Below are positions 16,701 to 33,440 of a DNA stretch of 64,000 nt, piece by piece; positions within the stretch are counted from its first letter, which is position 1; each line of letters opens with the position of its first letter. The stretch is from NCBI GenBank assembly GCA_038087875.1, contig JAXLNO010000364.1, positions 124,001 through 188,000 on the forward strand, written 5' to 3'. Origin of the DNA: Malacoraja senta. Lineage: Eukaryota. Made by a program: the position numbers and the translations under genes. The notes under the pieces were generated by a model. That model was not told the DNA's origin, searched no databases, and worked only from the letters and a program-made list of their open reading frames with translations.

Positions 16701-18214
16701 ATTCACTTTAGTCAGGAAATGGTGTCGGATTCACTGATGGGACTGAAGGCTCATACATTCCCAGGGTCTGATGGTCTGCATACCAGGGTACTCAAGGAGA
16801 TGGCTCTTGGAATCATGGACGCCTTGGTGATAATGTTCCAATGTTCTATAGATTATGAATCAGTTCCTGTGAAATGGAGGGTAGCTAATGTTATCACACT
16901 TTTCAACAAAGGAGGGAGAGAGAAAGCAGGACATTATAGGCCAGTTAGCCTGACATCTGTGGTGGGGAAGATGCTGGTGCTGTTTATTGGAGATGTATTA
17001 GTGGCGCATTTGGGTAGCAGTACCAGGATCGGTCCAAGTCAGCATGGATTTACGAAGGGGAAATCATACATGACATATCTTCGCAATTTTTTTTGAGGAC
17101 GTAACAAGTAAAATGGACAAGGGAGAGCCAGTGGATGTAGGGATTAACGCGTCCCTTTCAGAATGACAGGCAGTGACCAGTGGGGTAACGCAAGGCTCGG
17201 AGTTAGGACCGCAGCTATTTACAATGTATATTAATGATTTAGATGAAGGGATTACAAGTAACATTTGCAAATTTGCAGATGACAACAAATCTGGGTGGCA
17301 GTGTGAACTGTGTTGAGGATGCTATGAGAATGCAGGGCGACTTGGACAGGTTGGGTGAGTGGGCAGATGCACGGCAGATGCAGTTTAATGTATATAAATG
17401 TGAGGTTATCCACTTTGGTAGGAAAAACGAGAAGGCAGATTATTATCTAAATGCTGTCAAGTTGGGAAAGGGGGAAGTACAACGGGATCTCTGGGTCCTT
17501 GTTCATCAGTCAATGAAAGTAAGCATGCCATGCAGGTACAGCAGGCAGTGAAGAAAGCGAATGGCATGTTGGCCTTGATAACAAGATAATTGAGTACAGG
17601 AGCAAAGAGGTCCTTCTACAGTTACACAGGGCCCTGGTGAGACCACACCTTTGTATTGTGTGCAGTTTTGGTATCCTAATTTGAGAAAGGATATTCTTGC
17701 TTTTGAGGGAGAAAGCGTAGGTTCACGACGTTAATACCCGGGATGGCGGGACTGTCATCTGATGAAAGAATGGAACGATTGGCTTGTATTCACTGGAATT
17801 TAGAAGATGAGAGGGGATCTTATAGAAAAATACAACATATTTAAGAGATTGGACACGTTAGATGCAGGAAACATGTTTCCGATGTCAGGCGACTTCAAAA
17901 CGACGGGCCACAGTTTAAGATTAACGGGTAGGCCATTTAGGACTGAGATGAGTAAAAATATTTTTCACAGTGAGTTGTGAATTTGTGGAATTCTCTGCCT
18001 CTGATGGCAGTGGAGGCCGATTCACTGGATGCATTCAACAGAGAGTTAGATAGAGCTCTTAGGGCTAGCGGAATCATGGGGTATCGGGTGAAGGCAGGAG
18101 CAGGGTAATGATTGTGGATGATCAGCCATGATTACATTGAATGGCGGAGTAGGCTCAAAGGGCCGGAAAGCCTACTCCGGAACATATTGTCTATGTATCT
18201 ATGTATCTATGTAT
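13771..18214 (+). mobile_element. Decayed CR1 LINE, unit 2 copy
   Basis: Paralogous to 1-4175, with the same nested inserts and a (CTATGTAT)n tail at 18191-18214. 5' boundary approximate. Confidence 0.85.
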
Positions 18215-19329
18215 ATAATTCTACCGATGTGCCATTCCAGTTTCGAGGAGACGAATACATAAAAGCAATGGTGTAATGCTGAGGCCTCATGAGGCGCTGG
18301 TGAGGCCACGCTTGGAATATTGTAAGCGGCTATGGGCCTCATCTCTAAGGATGGGTGCGCAAGCGTGGATAGCCCCAGAGGACGTTTAGTGGAATGGTCC
18401 AGGTTATGATTCGGTAAACGTGTGAGGATAGGTTGATGTTACTAGGCCTGTACTCGATGGAGTTTAGCAGAATGAATGGAGACTTCATTGAAACACACAG
18501 ATTAGTGAATGGCTTGGATAGAGTGTGTGTGGGGAGGATATTTCAACCAGTAGAGAGCCTAGCACGAGAATTCGACGTTCTTTTAGTAAGGAGATGAGGA
18601 GACATTTCTTTAGTCAGAGGATGTTGAATCTGTGGGATTCTTTGCTGCAGAGCGCAGTGCAGGCCAAGTCAGGGGATATTTTTAAGGCAGAGATGGATAG
18701 ATTCTTGATTATTACAGGTGTCAGAGATTATGGTGAGAAGGCAGAAGAATGCGGTTAGGAGGGAGAAACACATCAACTGCACTTTGCCATACCTCACGTT
18801 AAATATATCCTCTCTAATAATTGACCTGTCTATCGAGGGGTGGGGCGGGAAGGGTGGGGGGTAGATAATGAATGTCCGTCCGATCTGTGCCTCTCATAGT
18901 GTCATTTTGATTGTTTGAAAGATACAGAATGGAAACCGGCCCTTCCGTCCACCACACGACGACCATCTGTCATGCGTTCACACGCCAGTTCTACGTTATA
19001 CCCACTTTCCGTTCGCTCCCTACACACTAGCGACAATTTATGGAGGCCAATTGAACTACAATCCCAAAGCACCCTGAAATATAGAAGCATCACGAGGCCA
19101 TTTCGCCCATCAAGTTCGCTCCGCCATCCGCCACTCCAAAGACGTAGAGGTGTGTATGTTAATTTGTTTGGTGTAAATGAAAATTGTCCCTCGTGTGTGT
19201 ATGATAGCGGTAGTGTGCGGGGATCGCTGATTGAACCTTCCGAACCATCTGAATTTTGTAGTCGGCAGGGCAGTACTCTGTATATCGCCAACTTGGATAA
19301 TTTTACATTTTTATCAAGCCAATTAATCA

Positions 19330-19506
19330 AGTCAATTAACCTACAAACCTGTATATCTTTGGAGTGTGGGAGGAAACCGAAGATCTCGGAGAAAACCCAC
19401 GCAGATCACGGGGAGAACGTACAAACTCCATACAAAAAAGCACCCGTATTCGGGATCGAACCCGGGTCTCTGGCGTTGCATTTTGCTGCACCGCTGTGCC
19501 ACCGTG
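19330..19506 (-). mobile_element. V-SINE / HE1-like tRNA-derived SINE (5' part)
   Basis: The - strand reads cacggtggcacagcggt...gggttcgatccc (A/B-box-like), then ggagtttgtacgttctccccgtg...ggtttcctcccacactccaaaga (V-domain-like). Paralogs at ~5780-5912, ~42465-42635 and ~54275-54440. Confidence 0.7.
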
Positions 19507-20420
19507 ACTGCAAAGACGTACGCGTTTGCAGGGAAATCGGCTTCGTATAAATGTAAATTATTCTCAGACTGAGTAGGATAGTGTTAGATGCGGACTCGCT
19601 GGGCTGATGGGCCTGTTTCCGCGCTGCATCTCTAAACTGAATCAAACTTTAAAAGTAAAATAGAGCATCAGAATCAGTTTCGATGGTCCGCTTTAAAAAT
19701 TATCTGTCGCTCTCTCATGGAATTGTTTTCTCTCGCTGGAGAAAGGGGCTACAGGACAGACAGAGATGTTGGGGGGGGGGGGGGAGGAGTGTTGCTCTCT
19801 GGATTGATACAGATTTTCACAGCAGTAGTCCGAAATTACATTGCGGATGTTTCCTCCAGTCAGGCTAGATTTCTGAATTTGAGGAATAAAAATCAATATA
19901 CCAGTAAGATAGACACACAATTCTGGCGTAACTCAGATGCCCAGGTAGCATCTCTGGAGTAAAGGAATGGGTGAAGTTTCGGGTCGAGACCCTTCTTAAT
20001 AACCACCAGTAGTCAGATTCGAACCCGTGTCTCTGCAGCTGTAAAGCATCAGCAGCACCGCTGCCCCGCCGAGGTCGTTTCCTCTTTTCTTATTGTCTGA
20101 ATTTACCATCCAAACTTCAGGAAATCTGCCATCCTCGTCCTTCATGTTCTGTGGAACACGCCGGAACTGAAATCCCACCACCTCGTCTTTAACGGACTCC
20201 GACACGTAGGATGAGGACTTACCTAAGAACAGCTGCTCCCAAATTACTCTCCCCACTTTCTACCAAACGCAGATATTTTTATTTTCCATTCACCGATTTC
20301 TCAAATTAATCGACAAAACAATGTCCTTAAAATAATTTTATTATCAATACTATAATATCTATCAATATAATTTATTTTATCTGTATTAAATTAAACTTTT
20401 AATTACTAAATTAATTAATT

Positions 20421-23447
<3,027 letters not shown>

Positions 23448-23498
23448 GTTGCTCCGCTCGCGTGGTTCTCGAGACTGTGACGCGCCGCGCCGCTCCGG

Positions 23499-23590
23499 TA
23501 TTTATACGGCCCCCGGGATAGAACGCTGGCATTCGGTAAACGCGCGCCGATTGGTCAATGAGAACAATGACCTTGGTTGCCACAGGAAAC
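23499..23590 (-). promoter_or_regulatory. Copy 2 core promoter (TATA, CCAAT, X-box-like)
   Basis: TATAAATA 23506-23499, CCAAT 23554-23550, GTTGCCACAGGAAAC 23576-23590. Confidence 0.65.
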
Positions 23591-24411
23591 AAACATAGAA
23601 GGTTCCAAGGCGCTCATTGCTGAATAATCCACAGTGTGAGACGTAGAACAATGGACCTTCAGTGACGCAATCCATTGTCTGCCTTCACCTCCCAGATTCC
23701 AATCTATCAATTACAGCTGGAAATTAAAGTATCTGACCACATCCCTCCAAATGATAACTAGCGCCAACTATTTGACTTCTTAAGCCCATGCAATCAATTT
23801 AGCCACTTTACCAGTGGAAAAATTGCTGTAGATCACAGCGGATGTGACGTTAATCCCACGCATCTCTCCATTAATCACTTTATAATCCGGGATCTCCGGT
23901 CTATCATCGCAATGCCTAAGATCAATTATTATTGATTTATTACCATCACGTGTGCTGCAAAAAAAATGTCAGTCGTACTAAATGGGCAGATCACATAACT
24001 CCTCAGTATATCTGATATTGCAACACGAAAAAAATGAGCAACGTGCAGAGTATAGTGTTACATCTAGAGTATAAAAATAACATTTTTATTTTCAAGTATG
24101 AGGACCAGAGGAAGGTAGCACATGAGAGGTCTGCTGGGACAAACTGTCCCTGAATCAGGTGGTACGTTCTTTCATGCTTTGGTACACGCTGTCCAACAGA
24201 AGTGGAGAGAAGAGTGAATGACCGTGGCTTAAGGTATGGAGGGTGTGGGGTGTGGGAATGGCCCGTGATTGTGACGATGACATGCAATTAGATTCCAAAT
24301 GATGAATCACTGATTAATAAAGTGCCATTGAACATATTGATTGATTGAAAGATGTACTCTACAAATTTGATGACGTGCAGTCCATCAGAGCCCCAGCAAT
24401 CTCCAATTTCG

Positions 24412-25286
24412 CTTAATATGGGGGCGCTGACTTGTGTGCGGCTGCCCAGCGAACAGCTGCTGTGCTTTTCACCTTTTTAAATTTTAGTCAGTAAAGTGTT
24501 TTGTTTTGGAGGTCTAGACTTTTTTGTGTGGGGGGGTGGGGGGGAGGGGGGGGAACTACCTTTCAGGGTCCCTACCTGGCCGGAGAGGCAGCTTTTCTCC
24601 GGGCTGCAGCTTCGACCGGTCCTCGCGGCCTACCAGCGGGCCTGGAGCGGAGTCTCCTGTCGTGGACCGGCCAGAACCTCGGCTTCGGCGGCGGCACAGC
24701 GCTGGAGCGCTATCGCGGAGCGGGCGATTCCTTGCCCGGGTCGCCGCGCTGGAGCTCCGGTGAGCTGAGGATCGCTGGAGAAAACATCGCGGAGCTGCGG
24801 GACTGTGGAGCGACCAGCTGCGGGCGGCGGCGCTGAACTTTACATCGGGAGCCTGGGATCTCTAGATGAGATTGCCAGTTGTGGAGCTCCACCCGGCGCG
24901 GCCTTGTTGGCTTCCGAAGCCGCGGCCCCCAGTGCGGAAGCGGCCGTTCCAGGGTTCCCAGCCGCTGGGAGGACTCTCCCGACACCGGATCAACATCACC
25001 CGGCGAGAACGGCCTGGAACATCGGGCCTCCGTAGAGGCAACTGTGGAGGCCTAAATGGGCCCGACTATGGGTGAACTGGTGTTGGGGACTGGACTTTGT
25101 GCCTTCCCTCATGGTGGGAGCCATTGTGGGGGGTTGTTCAGTGTTAAGACTATCTTGGTGTTGTGTTTGTATTCTCTTCTCTTTTTTGTGTGCTGATAAA
25201 TGGCAAAAAGCATTTCACTTCACTACACCCGGGTGTATGTGAATGTGACAAATAAAATATCTTGAATCTTGAAATCTTGAATCTTG
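24412..25286 (+). mobile_element. GC-rich non-coding retroposon insertion specific to unit 2
   Basis: 7-bp TSD AATTTCG (24405-24411 and 25287-25293), AATAAA followed by a (TCTTGAA)n tail. Empty site ccaatttcgttatg in units 3 and 4. Confidence 0.8.
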
Positions 25287-28200
25287 AATTTCGTTATGAT
25301 GAATCAAAAAGGATATCACATTGATGGCTTTATAGAGTCATAGAGTGATAGAGCGTGGAAACAGGCCCTTCGGCTCAACTTCCCACACCGACCAACATGT
25401 CCCACCTGCCTGCCCTTGGACCATATCCATCCAAACGTGTCCCATCAAACTTCCTTGTTAACTATTCCTTATACGTTCGGATAGTCCCAGCCTCAACTAC
25501 CCCCTCTAGCAGCTTGTTCCATGTAACCACCACCCTTTGTTTGAAAAGGTTACCGCTCAAATTCCTATTAAATCTTTACCCCTTCACCTTGAATCTATTG
25601 GTCCACGATGCCCCGACTCTGGGAAAGAGATTCTGTGCATCTACCCGACCTGTTCCTCTCATGATTTGTAACACCTCTATACTATCACCCTTCATCCTCC
25701 TGCGCTCCAAGGAATAGCGACCCAGCCTACTCAACCTCTCCCATCAGCTCAGACCCCCTAGTCCAGGCAGCATCCGCGTAAATCTTCACTGATTGGCTGC
25801 CAGAGACTAGGGGGTCGGTGCTGTGGCCGCTGCTCTTCACGTTGTATATCAATCATTTGGATGAGGGAATTGAATCCTGGGTGGGAAGTTTGGTGATGCT
25901 GCGAAAGTAGGTGGAGGGGCAGATAGTGTGGAGTTAGCAGCGACTCGGCCGAAGGATTTGGGCATGTTTGGAAATGGCAGATGGAATACAGCGCAGCAAA
26001 TTGCGGAGACAGGCATTTTGATAGTTGGAATCAATCGAAGACTAATTTTTTAAATGTGGAGATAATTCAGAAATCTGAGGTGCAAAGGGACTCTGGAATG
26101 CTGATACAGGATTCCCAAAAATGTAATTTGCAAGCCGAATTGATAGTAAGGCAGGAAAATGCAATACAAGCATTTATTTGGGGAGGAAAAGAATATTTTT
26201 AAAAAACGGATGTAATATTGAGGCTTGAAAAGACACTGGTGGGCGCATTTGGGGTATTGTGACCAATTTGGGATGCCATGCAAACAAATGGGTTGCAGAG
26301 GCTATCGCGTGAAGGCAGGGGAATGGGGCTGATAGGGGAAGAATTACCATCCACGATTAAATGGCGGAGTAAGCAAGAGTCATAGAGTGATAGAGTGTGG
26401 AAACAGGCCCTTCGGCCCAACTTGCACTCACGGGCCAACATGTCCCAGTTACCCCAGTCCCACCTGCGTGTGCTTGGTCCATATCCCTCCAAACCTGTCC
26501 TATCCATGTAGCTGTCTAACTATTTCTTGAACGTTGGGATAGTACCAGCATCACCTAGCTCCTCTGGCAGCTTGCACCATACACCCACCAGCCTTTGTGT
26601 GAAAACATTAGCCTTCAGATTGCTTTTGAATATTTTCCACTTCACCTTGTACTTATGTCTTCTGGCCCTCGATTCAATTACTTTGGGCAAGAGATTCTGC
26701 GCATCTATCCGATTTATTCCTCTCGTGATTGTATGCACCTCTACAAGATCACCCCTCATCGTCCTGCGCTCCAAGGAATAGAGACCCAGCCTACTCAACC
26801 TCTCCCCATAGCTCAGACCCTCTAGTCCTGGCAACAGTCTCGTAAATGCAATAGTACAATTCATTTAGACTTTAGACTTTTGATTTTAAACTTGAGAGAT
26901 ACTTCGCGGAAACAGGCCCTTCGTCGATCAGCGATCACCACGTGCACTGGCACACTCCTAAACACTTGGGACAATTTTCAACTTTACCGAAATCAAACCT
27001 GTACGTCTTTGGAATGTGGGAGAAACTCGGACCACCGAAGAAAACCCACAGGGAGAACATACAAACTCCGTACAAACAGCATCCGGAGTCCCGATCGAAC
27101 CCGGTTCTCGGGCGCCGTGAGGCAACAACCTTGAAGGTCGGCAGGTGAAGGGGCGAGTGCGGAGGATTGGCTGCAGAATTTAAAGCCTTGGTGAGTTTTC
27201 AAGAGCGGGTCATTTAAAAACCGGTAACTAAATCTGTAAATTAGCTAATTAGTCAAATGAATAGCAAATAAAAGTAGGGTTCGCTCTTGGTGGAGCGGCC
27301 TGTTGGCGTGAAGTGCCTTGGTGAGTAAGTGTGTGAGTCTTTGGCTCAAGGGCGTCTTGGTGAGTAAGGTGTGATTCTTTGGCTCAAGAGTCTTCGGCGA
27401 GAAGGCTGAAGGAAGGAATCTACATTAATCGAAATGTTTGATTTGTGATTTTTAGTCCAGTAAAGAAATGGCAGAGTGGTAGAGTGTGTCGGGGAGAAGA
27501 GGAAGGATGTTCTGCACCGTGAGTTTATAGAGTTAGTAAGAAGATAGAAAAGCATGACTTCTGGGGTGGTTATCTCTGGATTGCTTCCAGTACATCGTGC
27601 TGGTGAGTACCGGAATAGGGAGATAGCGGATCTGAATGCGGGCTGAGGGGCTGGTGCAGCGAGCAGGGATTTAGATTCATAGACCACTGGGACCTATTCT
27701 GGGGCAAGCATTACCTCAACAAAAGGGACGGGTTACACCTTAACTGGGGCGGGACCGACATTCTGGCAGCCTGGTTTGCTGGTGCTACACCGGAGGGTTT
27801 AAAATAATTTGCAGGGACGAAGTGTTGACAAATTGGAGATATAAGGATGGAGTGCAAGGTGAAGAGAGTACAGGAAAAGTTGCGAAAGACAACCGGATTA
27901 ATGGGACGGAAATTTCAAGAAGGGATAGGAGAGTAAGGTCAGAGGAACCGGTTTGAGAGAGGAGGTGAATACCGAATTAAAAGTGTTACCGCGAACTATA
28001 TGAAATAAAGTGGATGAGCTTGAGGCAACGTTAGAAATTGGTGAGTATGATGTTGTGGGAATTACAGACACATGGCTGCAAGCGGATCAGAACTGGGAAC
28101 TGAATATTCAGGGCTATGCGCCCTATTGAAAAGAAAGCCAGATGGGCAGAGGGGATGCGGTTGCCCTCGTTGGTAAGGAATGAAATTCAGTCACTTGCGA

Positions 28201-30162
28201 GTGGAGACATAGAGTCAGAAGACGTAGAGCCATTGTGGATGGAACTGAGAAATTGAACGGTAGAAAGACCCTAGTCCGTGTTATCTACAGGCCCCCAAAC
28301 CGTAGCCTGGAGATAGGGTGCAAGTTGCATCAGGAGTTAAAATTAACATATAACAAAGATAATGCTACTGTGTTTATGGGAGATTTCATCATGCAGGTGG
28401 ACTAGGAAAATCACATAGGTACTGGACCCCAAGAAAGGGAATTTGTAGTGTGTTTCCGAGATGGATTCTAAGAGCAGCTTGTACTGGAGCCTAAAAGGTA
28501 GCAGGAAAAACTGGATTTAAAGTTATGTAATGAACCGGATTTGATAAGTGAGCTCAAGGTAAAGGAACCAGTAGGAGGTAGTGGCCATAATAGAACAAGT
28601 TGGCCTACAACTTTAGGCTGTGCACGCCATACGCAAGAAGAAGAAGGGAAGTCAAGGACAGTATCAACATAATAGAGAAGACGTATAACTCAATTCTGAT
28701 TTGCGAATTAAGGGACTAAAGTTTAGGGGGAACATGAGGGGGGATTTCTTTACTCCAAGAGTGGTAGCTGTGTGGAATGAGCTTCCAGTGGAAGTGGTGA
28801 AGGCAGGTTCGTTTTTATCATTTAAAAATAAATTGGATAGGTATATGGACGGGAAAGGAATGGAGAGTTAAGTTCTGAGTGCAGATAGATGGGACTACTT
28901 GAGAGTAAGTGTTAGGCACGGACTAGAAGGGCCGAGATGGCCTGTGTCCGTGCTGTAATTGTTATATGGTTATATGGTTATAACACAGCAAATATGAGCG
29001 GGAAGCCAGAGGATTGGGAAACCTTTTAAAGAGGAACAGAAACTAACTAAAACGCTTCCTGCCGTAGATGAAGAAGAAAAAAAAGTTAAGACAAATGTGG
29101 ATCCCTTGAAGACAGACACAGTTGGATTTATTACGGGGAACAAGGAAAAGGGAAACGAGTTGAACAGGTACTATGGTTCTGTCTTCACTTCGGAAGTCAG
29201 AAACAATCTCCCATATGTACTAGGGGACAGAGGACCTAGGTTATGGAGGAACTGAAGGAAATTCACATTAGTCAGGAAATGGTGTCAGATTCACTGATGG
29301 GACTGAAGGCTCATACATTCCCAGAGTCTGATGGTCTGCATTCCAGGGTACTCAAGGAGTTAGCTCTAGCAATCGTGGACGCCTTGGTGATAATGTTCCA
29401 ATGTTCTATAGATTATGAATCAGTTCGTGTGAAATTGAGGGTAGCTAATGTTATCACACTTTTCAAGAAAGGAGGGAGAGAGAAAGCAGGGCATTATAGA
29501 CCAGTTAGCCTGACATCTGTGGTGGGGAAGTTGCTGGTGCCGTTTATTGGAGATGTAATAGTGGCGCATTTGGGTAGCAGTACCAGGATCGGTCCAAGTC
29601 AGCATGGATTTACGAAGGGGATATCATCTTTGACATATATTCGCAATTTTTTTTGAGGAAGTAACAAGTAATATGGACAAGGGAGAGCCAGTGGATGTAG
29701 GGATTAACGGGTCCCTTTCAGAATGACAGGCAGTGACCAGTGGGGTAACGCAAGGCTCGGAGTTAGGACCGCAGCTATTTACAATGTATATTAATGATTT
29801 AGATGAAGGGATTACAAGTAACATTTGCAAATTTGCAGATGACACAAATCTGGGTGGCAGTGTGAACTGTGAGGAGGATGCTATGAGAATGCAGGGCGAC
29901 TTGGACAGGTTGGGTGAGTGGGCAGATGCACGGCAGATGCAGTTTAATGTATATAAATGTGAGGTTATCCACTTTGGTAGGAAAAACGAGAAGGCAGATT
30001 ATTATCTAAATGTTGTCAAGTTGAGAAAGGGGGAAGTACAACGGGATCTCTGGGTCATTGTTCATCAGTCAATGAAAGTAAGCATGCCATGCAGGTACAG
30101 CAGGCAGTGAAGAAAGCGAATGGCATGTTGTCCTTGATAACAAGATAATTGTGTACAGGAGC

Positions 30163-30747
30163 TGTTAGGCGCTCCCCCTCCTGGTCAATGTTATGTATCA
30201 ACATTTCTCTGTTTCTTTCCCGAGTGCATGCCTCGTGGTTGTGAGTCTGGACATCAAGGGGTTAAAAGGATCCCGTACCCGATTGGCCAAGCTGCGTCAG
30301 GTGATGGGTGACTCATCTGAAGCATAAATACCAGAGTTCCCAGAATTCTCTTTTTTTTCTTGGACGCCTCTGCCTCGTGAGCTGATTGCTGGTGTGAGCT
30401 GTGGAAGGCCTGGCCACATGGCATAGAACTTCGTGTAATTTCAACATTACGTTGTACCTAATATCGAATTCGGACGGCCAAGGGTTGTCCTTAGAAGTTT
30501 TCCTTATTTTGTTTCAGGGATAGATTTATTTTAGGCAGGTTTAGAGTCTCAGGTTCGACGGTCCATCGCGTGGCTGGCCTGAGCACTTTTAAGTTGTTTG
30601 TTAATCCATTCATATCCTTGTCTGGGTTGTTTGAATCAGGTTTGGGTTTTGGTGTGTTATTAAATAATTAAACTATTTTTGAACTTAAACCTGGCTTTGA
30701 ACTATGTTACGCGGCTCTGGATTACCTGCTTTCGGGGAATCGTAACA
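30163..30747 (+). repeat. 5' LTR (585 bp)
   Basis: tgttaggcgc...tcgtaaca; direct repeat of 39283-39685. Confidence 0.92.
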
Positions 30748-30750
30748 AAA

Positions 30751-30763
30751 TGGGGGCCCGTCC
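30751..30763 (+). other. Primer-binding site, tRNA-Pro-like
   Basis: TGGGGGCCCGTCC, 3 nt after the 5' LTR; 12/13 match to the tRNA-Pro PBS start TGGGGGCTCGTCC. Confidence 0.7.
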
Positions 30764-30919
30764 TAAGTTTTGAGGACCCTAGACGTTTTTTGGTTGTTTT
30801 TTTTTTGGTAGGCTTCTGGACTGAGGAAGTCTGTGTGTGTTGAGAGGGAATTTTTTCTTCCCTGTTTGTGGTAGCATTGGTGCCCAGGGTTTAGCTAGTG
30901 GTTCGGTGCTATATTTGAA

Positions 30920-33342
30920 ATGGATTTTAAGGTGGAAGGGTTTGTTGAGACTCCTAGCCTAGAGAGGTTTCATCAACGTACTAAGGAAAATTTAGTGTTG
31001 CTTGCAGATAAATATGGCGTTGCTATTAATAAACAGGCAAACAAAAAGTCAATTAAGACGTTGTTATGGACTGCTTTGGTTGACCAAGGAGTGTTGCCTA
31101 GTAGTCCTGACAGTCATAAATCTATACAGCCATGTCAGGACATGGAGGCAGTCATTAGGTTGAAGGAGATGGAGCTTGAGTCACAGAGAATGGCGTCCGC
31201 CTTTAAAAAAGGATGAACTCATGCATGTTCTTGAAATGAAACGGCTTGAGGAGGAAACCAAAAGGGCTGAGTTTCAGCTGAGGGAGAAAGAATTAGATAC
31301 TTCCCGGTTATCTCCTAAAGAGCATGGGTTTGATGTGAGCAGAAATATTCGTTTGGTTCCACCGTTCAGTGAAAGAGATGTTGATAAATATTTCACTTTG
31401 TTTGAGCGTGTGGCTTTGTCCTTAAAGTGGCGTAAGGAAGTGTGGACCTTGCTATTGCAGTGTGTCCTTGTGGGTAAAGCACGGGAGGTGTACTCGTCTT
31501 TGTCAGTTGAAAGCAGTCTGGACTATGAGTGTGTGAAGATTACAGTATTAAGGGCTTATGAATTAGTTCCTTTGGCATACCGGCAGAAATTCCGGCGCTT
31601 TAGGAGTTTGATAGTCAGACTTATGTGGAGTTTGCTAGGGAGAAGGAGGCACTTTTTGACAGGTGGTGCGCTTCTCAAGGAGTGAAGGATATTGGGCAAC
31701 TACGGGCCTTAATGATTATGGAAGACTTTAAGAACTGTCTCCCTGAGAGGGTTACTACTTACCTTAATGAGCAGAAGGTGAAAGAGGTGTCTAAAGCCGC
31801 GGTGTTGGCAGATGAGTATGTATTAACTCATAAAACTGATTTTGTTGGGCGATCCAATAGCTTTGGTGCACGGCCGGTTGATCGTGGTGGGGTCGCCGGT
31901 GGCAGTGTCAAGGGTGTTTCTGTGCCTGCAAGTGGCAGCACGTTGATACAGGGGGAAGTCCGAGCTGATAAGGTTGACGGCAATTGGAGGACTAACGAAG
32001 GTACTGTGTGCTTATATTGTAATGGGAAAGGACACATTTTAAAGGCGTGTCCCGTTCTGAAGCAGAGAAATTCAAAGACTGTGGTTTTGGTGGGTACACA
32101 GAAGGTACCTGTGGTACCTGAAGTGCCTGAGTCTGAGGAATGTAGGGATTTTTCTGCGTTCATCAATAATGGGTTTGTTTCTCTGGAGGATGGGGGTGAG
32201 AGAGTTCCAGTATCCATCTTGCGTGATACTGGTGCTACTCAGTCCTTTATATTGGAGAGTGTACTGCCGTTTTCTGGTGAATCATCGGTTGGGTCAAGTG
32301 TCCCTGTGGTAGGATTCGGGATGGATGACATGGTAGTGCCTTTGCATACCGTGAGTCTCGAGTCCCAGTTGGTTTCAGGCCGGGTAACTATTGGGTTACG
32401 GCCGTGTTTTACCGTTGAGGGAGTTTCAGTAATATTGGGGAATGACTTGGCAGGAGGTAACGTTTTAGTTACTCCTGAGGTGACGGCTGTGCCGATGGTA
32501 CACAGTCCTGATAGATTGGCTATTCAGCATCCGAAAGTGTTCGCAACTTGTGCTGTCACGAGGGCTATGGCTAAGAGCCAGGCGAAGTTTGAGGATGTAG
32601 TGGACCTACGTGAGAGCATTTTTGGAGATCAGGATGAGGGATCCTGTGTGTTGAAGGGTGTTTCTACATCTCAAGAGGGGATAGTAACTGAAAGTGGGCC
32701 GGTGTCGCTGTCACGTGACCGGCTGGCTGAGGAGCAAAAGAGTGATCCAGGTTTATCTGAGCTGTTCGACCACGCGGTGCCTGAGGGGGATATGGATTCC
32801 ACAGCAAAGGTTTTTTTTCTAAGGGAGGGCTTACTGATGCGAAAGTGGTCTCCCTTGGATATGTCTGGGCATGATGATTGGAGCGTGGTTGATCAGATTG
32901 TGATACCTCGGCGGTATAGGGACGAGATACTCGGTTTGGCTCATGATGGTCCTCTGGGTGGACATTTGCGGGTCAATAAGACACATGACCGGATCTTACG
33001 GATTTTTTTTTGGCCAGGGTTGAAAAGGGACGTGAAACAGCAGTGCAGGTGTTTTCACATTTGCCAGGTGGCAGGAAAGCCGAACCAATCGATTGTTCCT
33101 GCGCCTTTATATCCAATCCCTGTGGTCGGTGAGCCGTTTGAGCGGATTTTAGCTGATTGTGTGGGTCCTCTACCTCGGACAAAGATGGGCAACAAGTATT
33201 TATTGACAATAATGTGTGCGTCTACCCGCTTAATGGAGGTGGTCCCTTTCCGTAGAATTACTGCCCCTATCATTGTGAAGTCGCTCACTAAGTTTTTTTC
33301 GTTGTTCGGTTTGCCCAAGGTGGTGCAGAGTGACCAAGGTTC
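30920..33342 (+). pseudogene. Gmr1-like gag-protease-integrase N-part (two frameshifts)
   Basis: ORFs 30920-31216, 31176-31685 and 31625-33346. SCAN/capsid-like LRALMIMEDFKNCLPE, CLYCNGKGHILKAC, ILRDTGATQS, IN zinc H..H..C..C, ADCVGPLP, VVQSDQGS. Confidence 0.9.
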
Positions 33343-33440
33343 ATAGATACATAGATACATAGAAATTAGGTGCAGGAGTAGGCCATTCGGCCCTTCGAGC
33401 CTGCACCGCCATTCAATACGATCATGGCTGATCATCCAAC

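Noticed and set aside
19440..19506. tRNA gene suggested by A/B-box-like motifs
   Set aside because: It is the tRNA-derived head of a SINE followed by a V-domain-like core; no full cloverleaf is evident.
18915..19550. 211-aa ORF repeated at 53851-54507 as a novel conserved gene
   Set aside because: It lies over SINE fragments, starts at a non-ATG codon and is broken in units 1 and 3; the similarity is explained by the tandem duplication.
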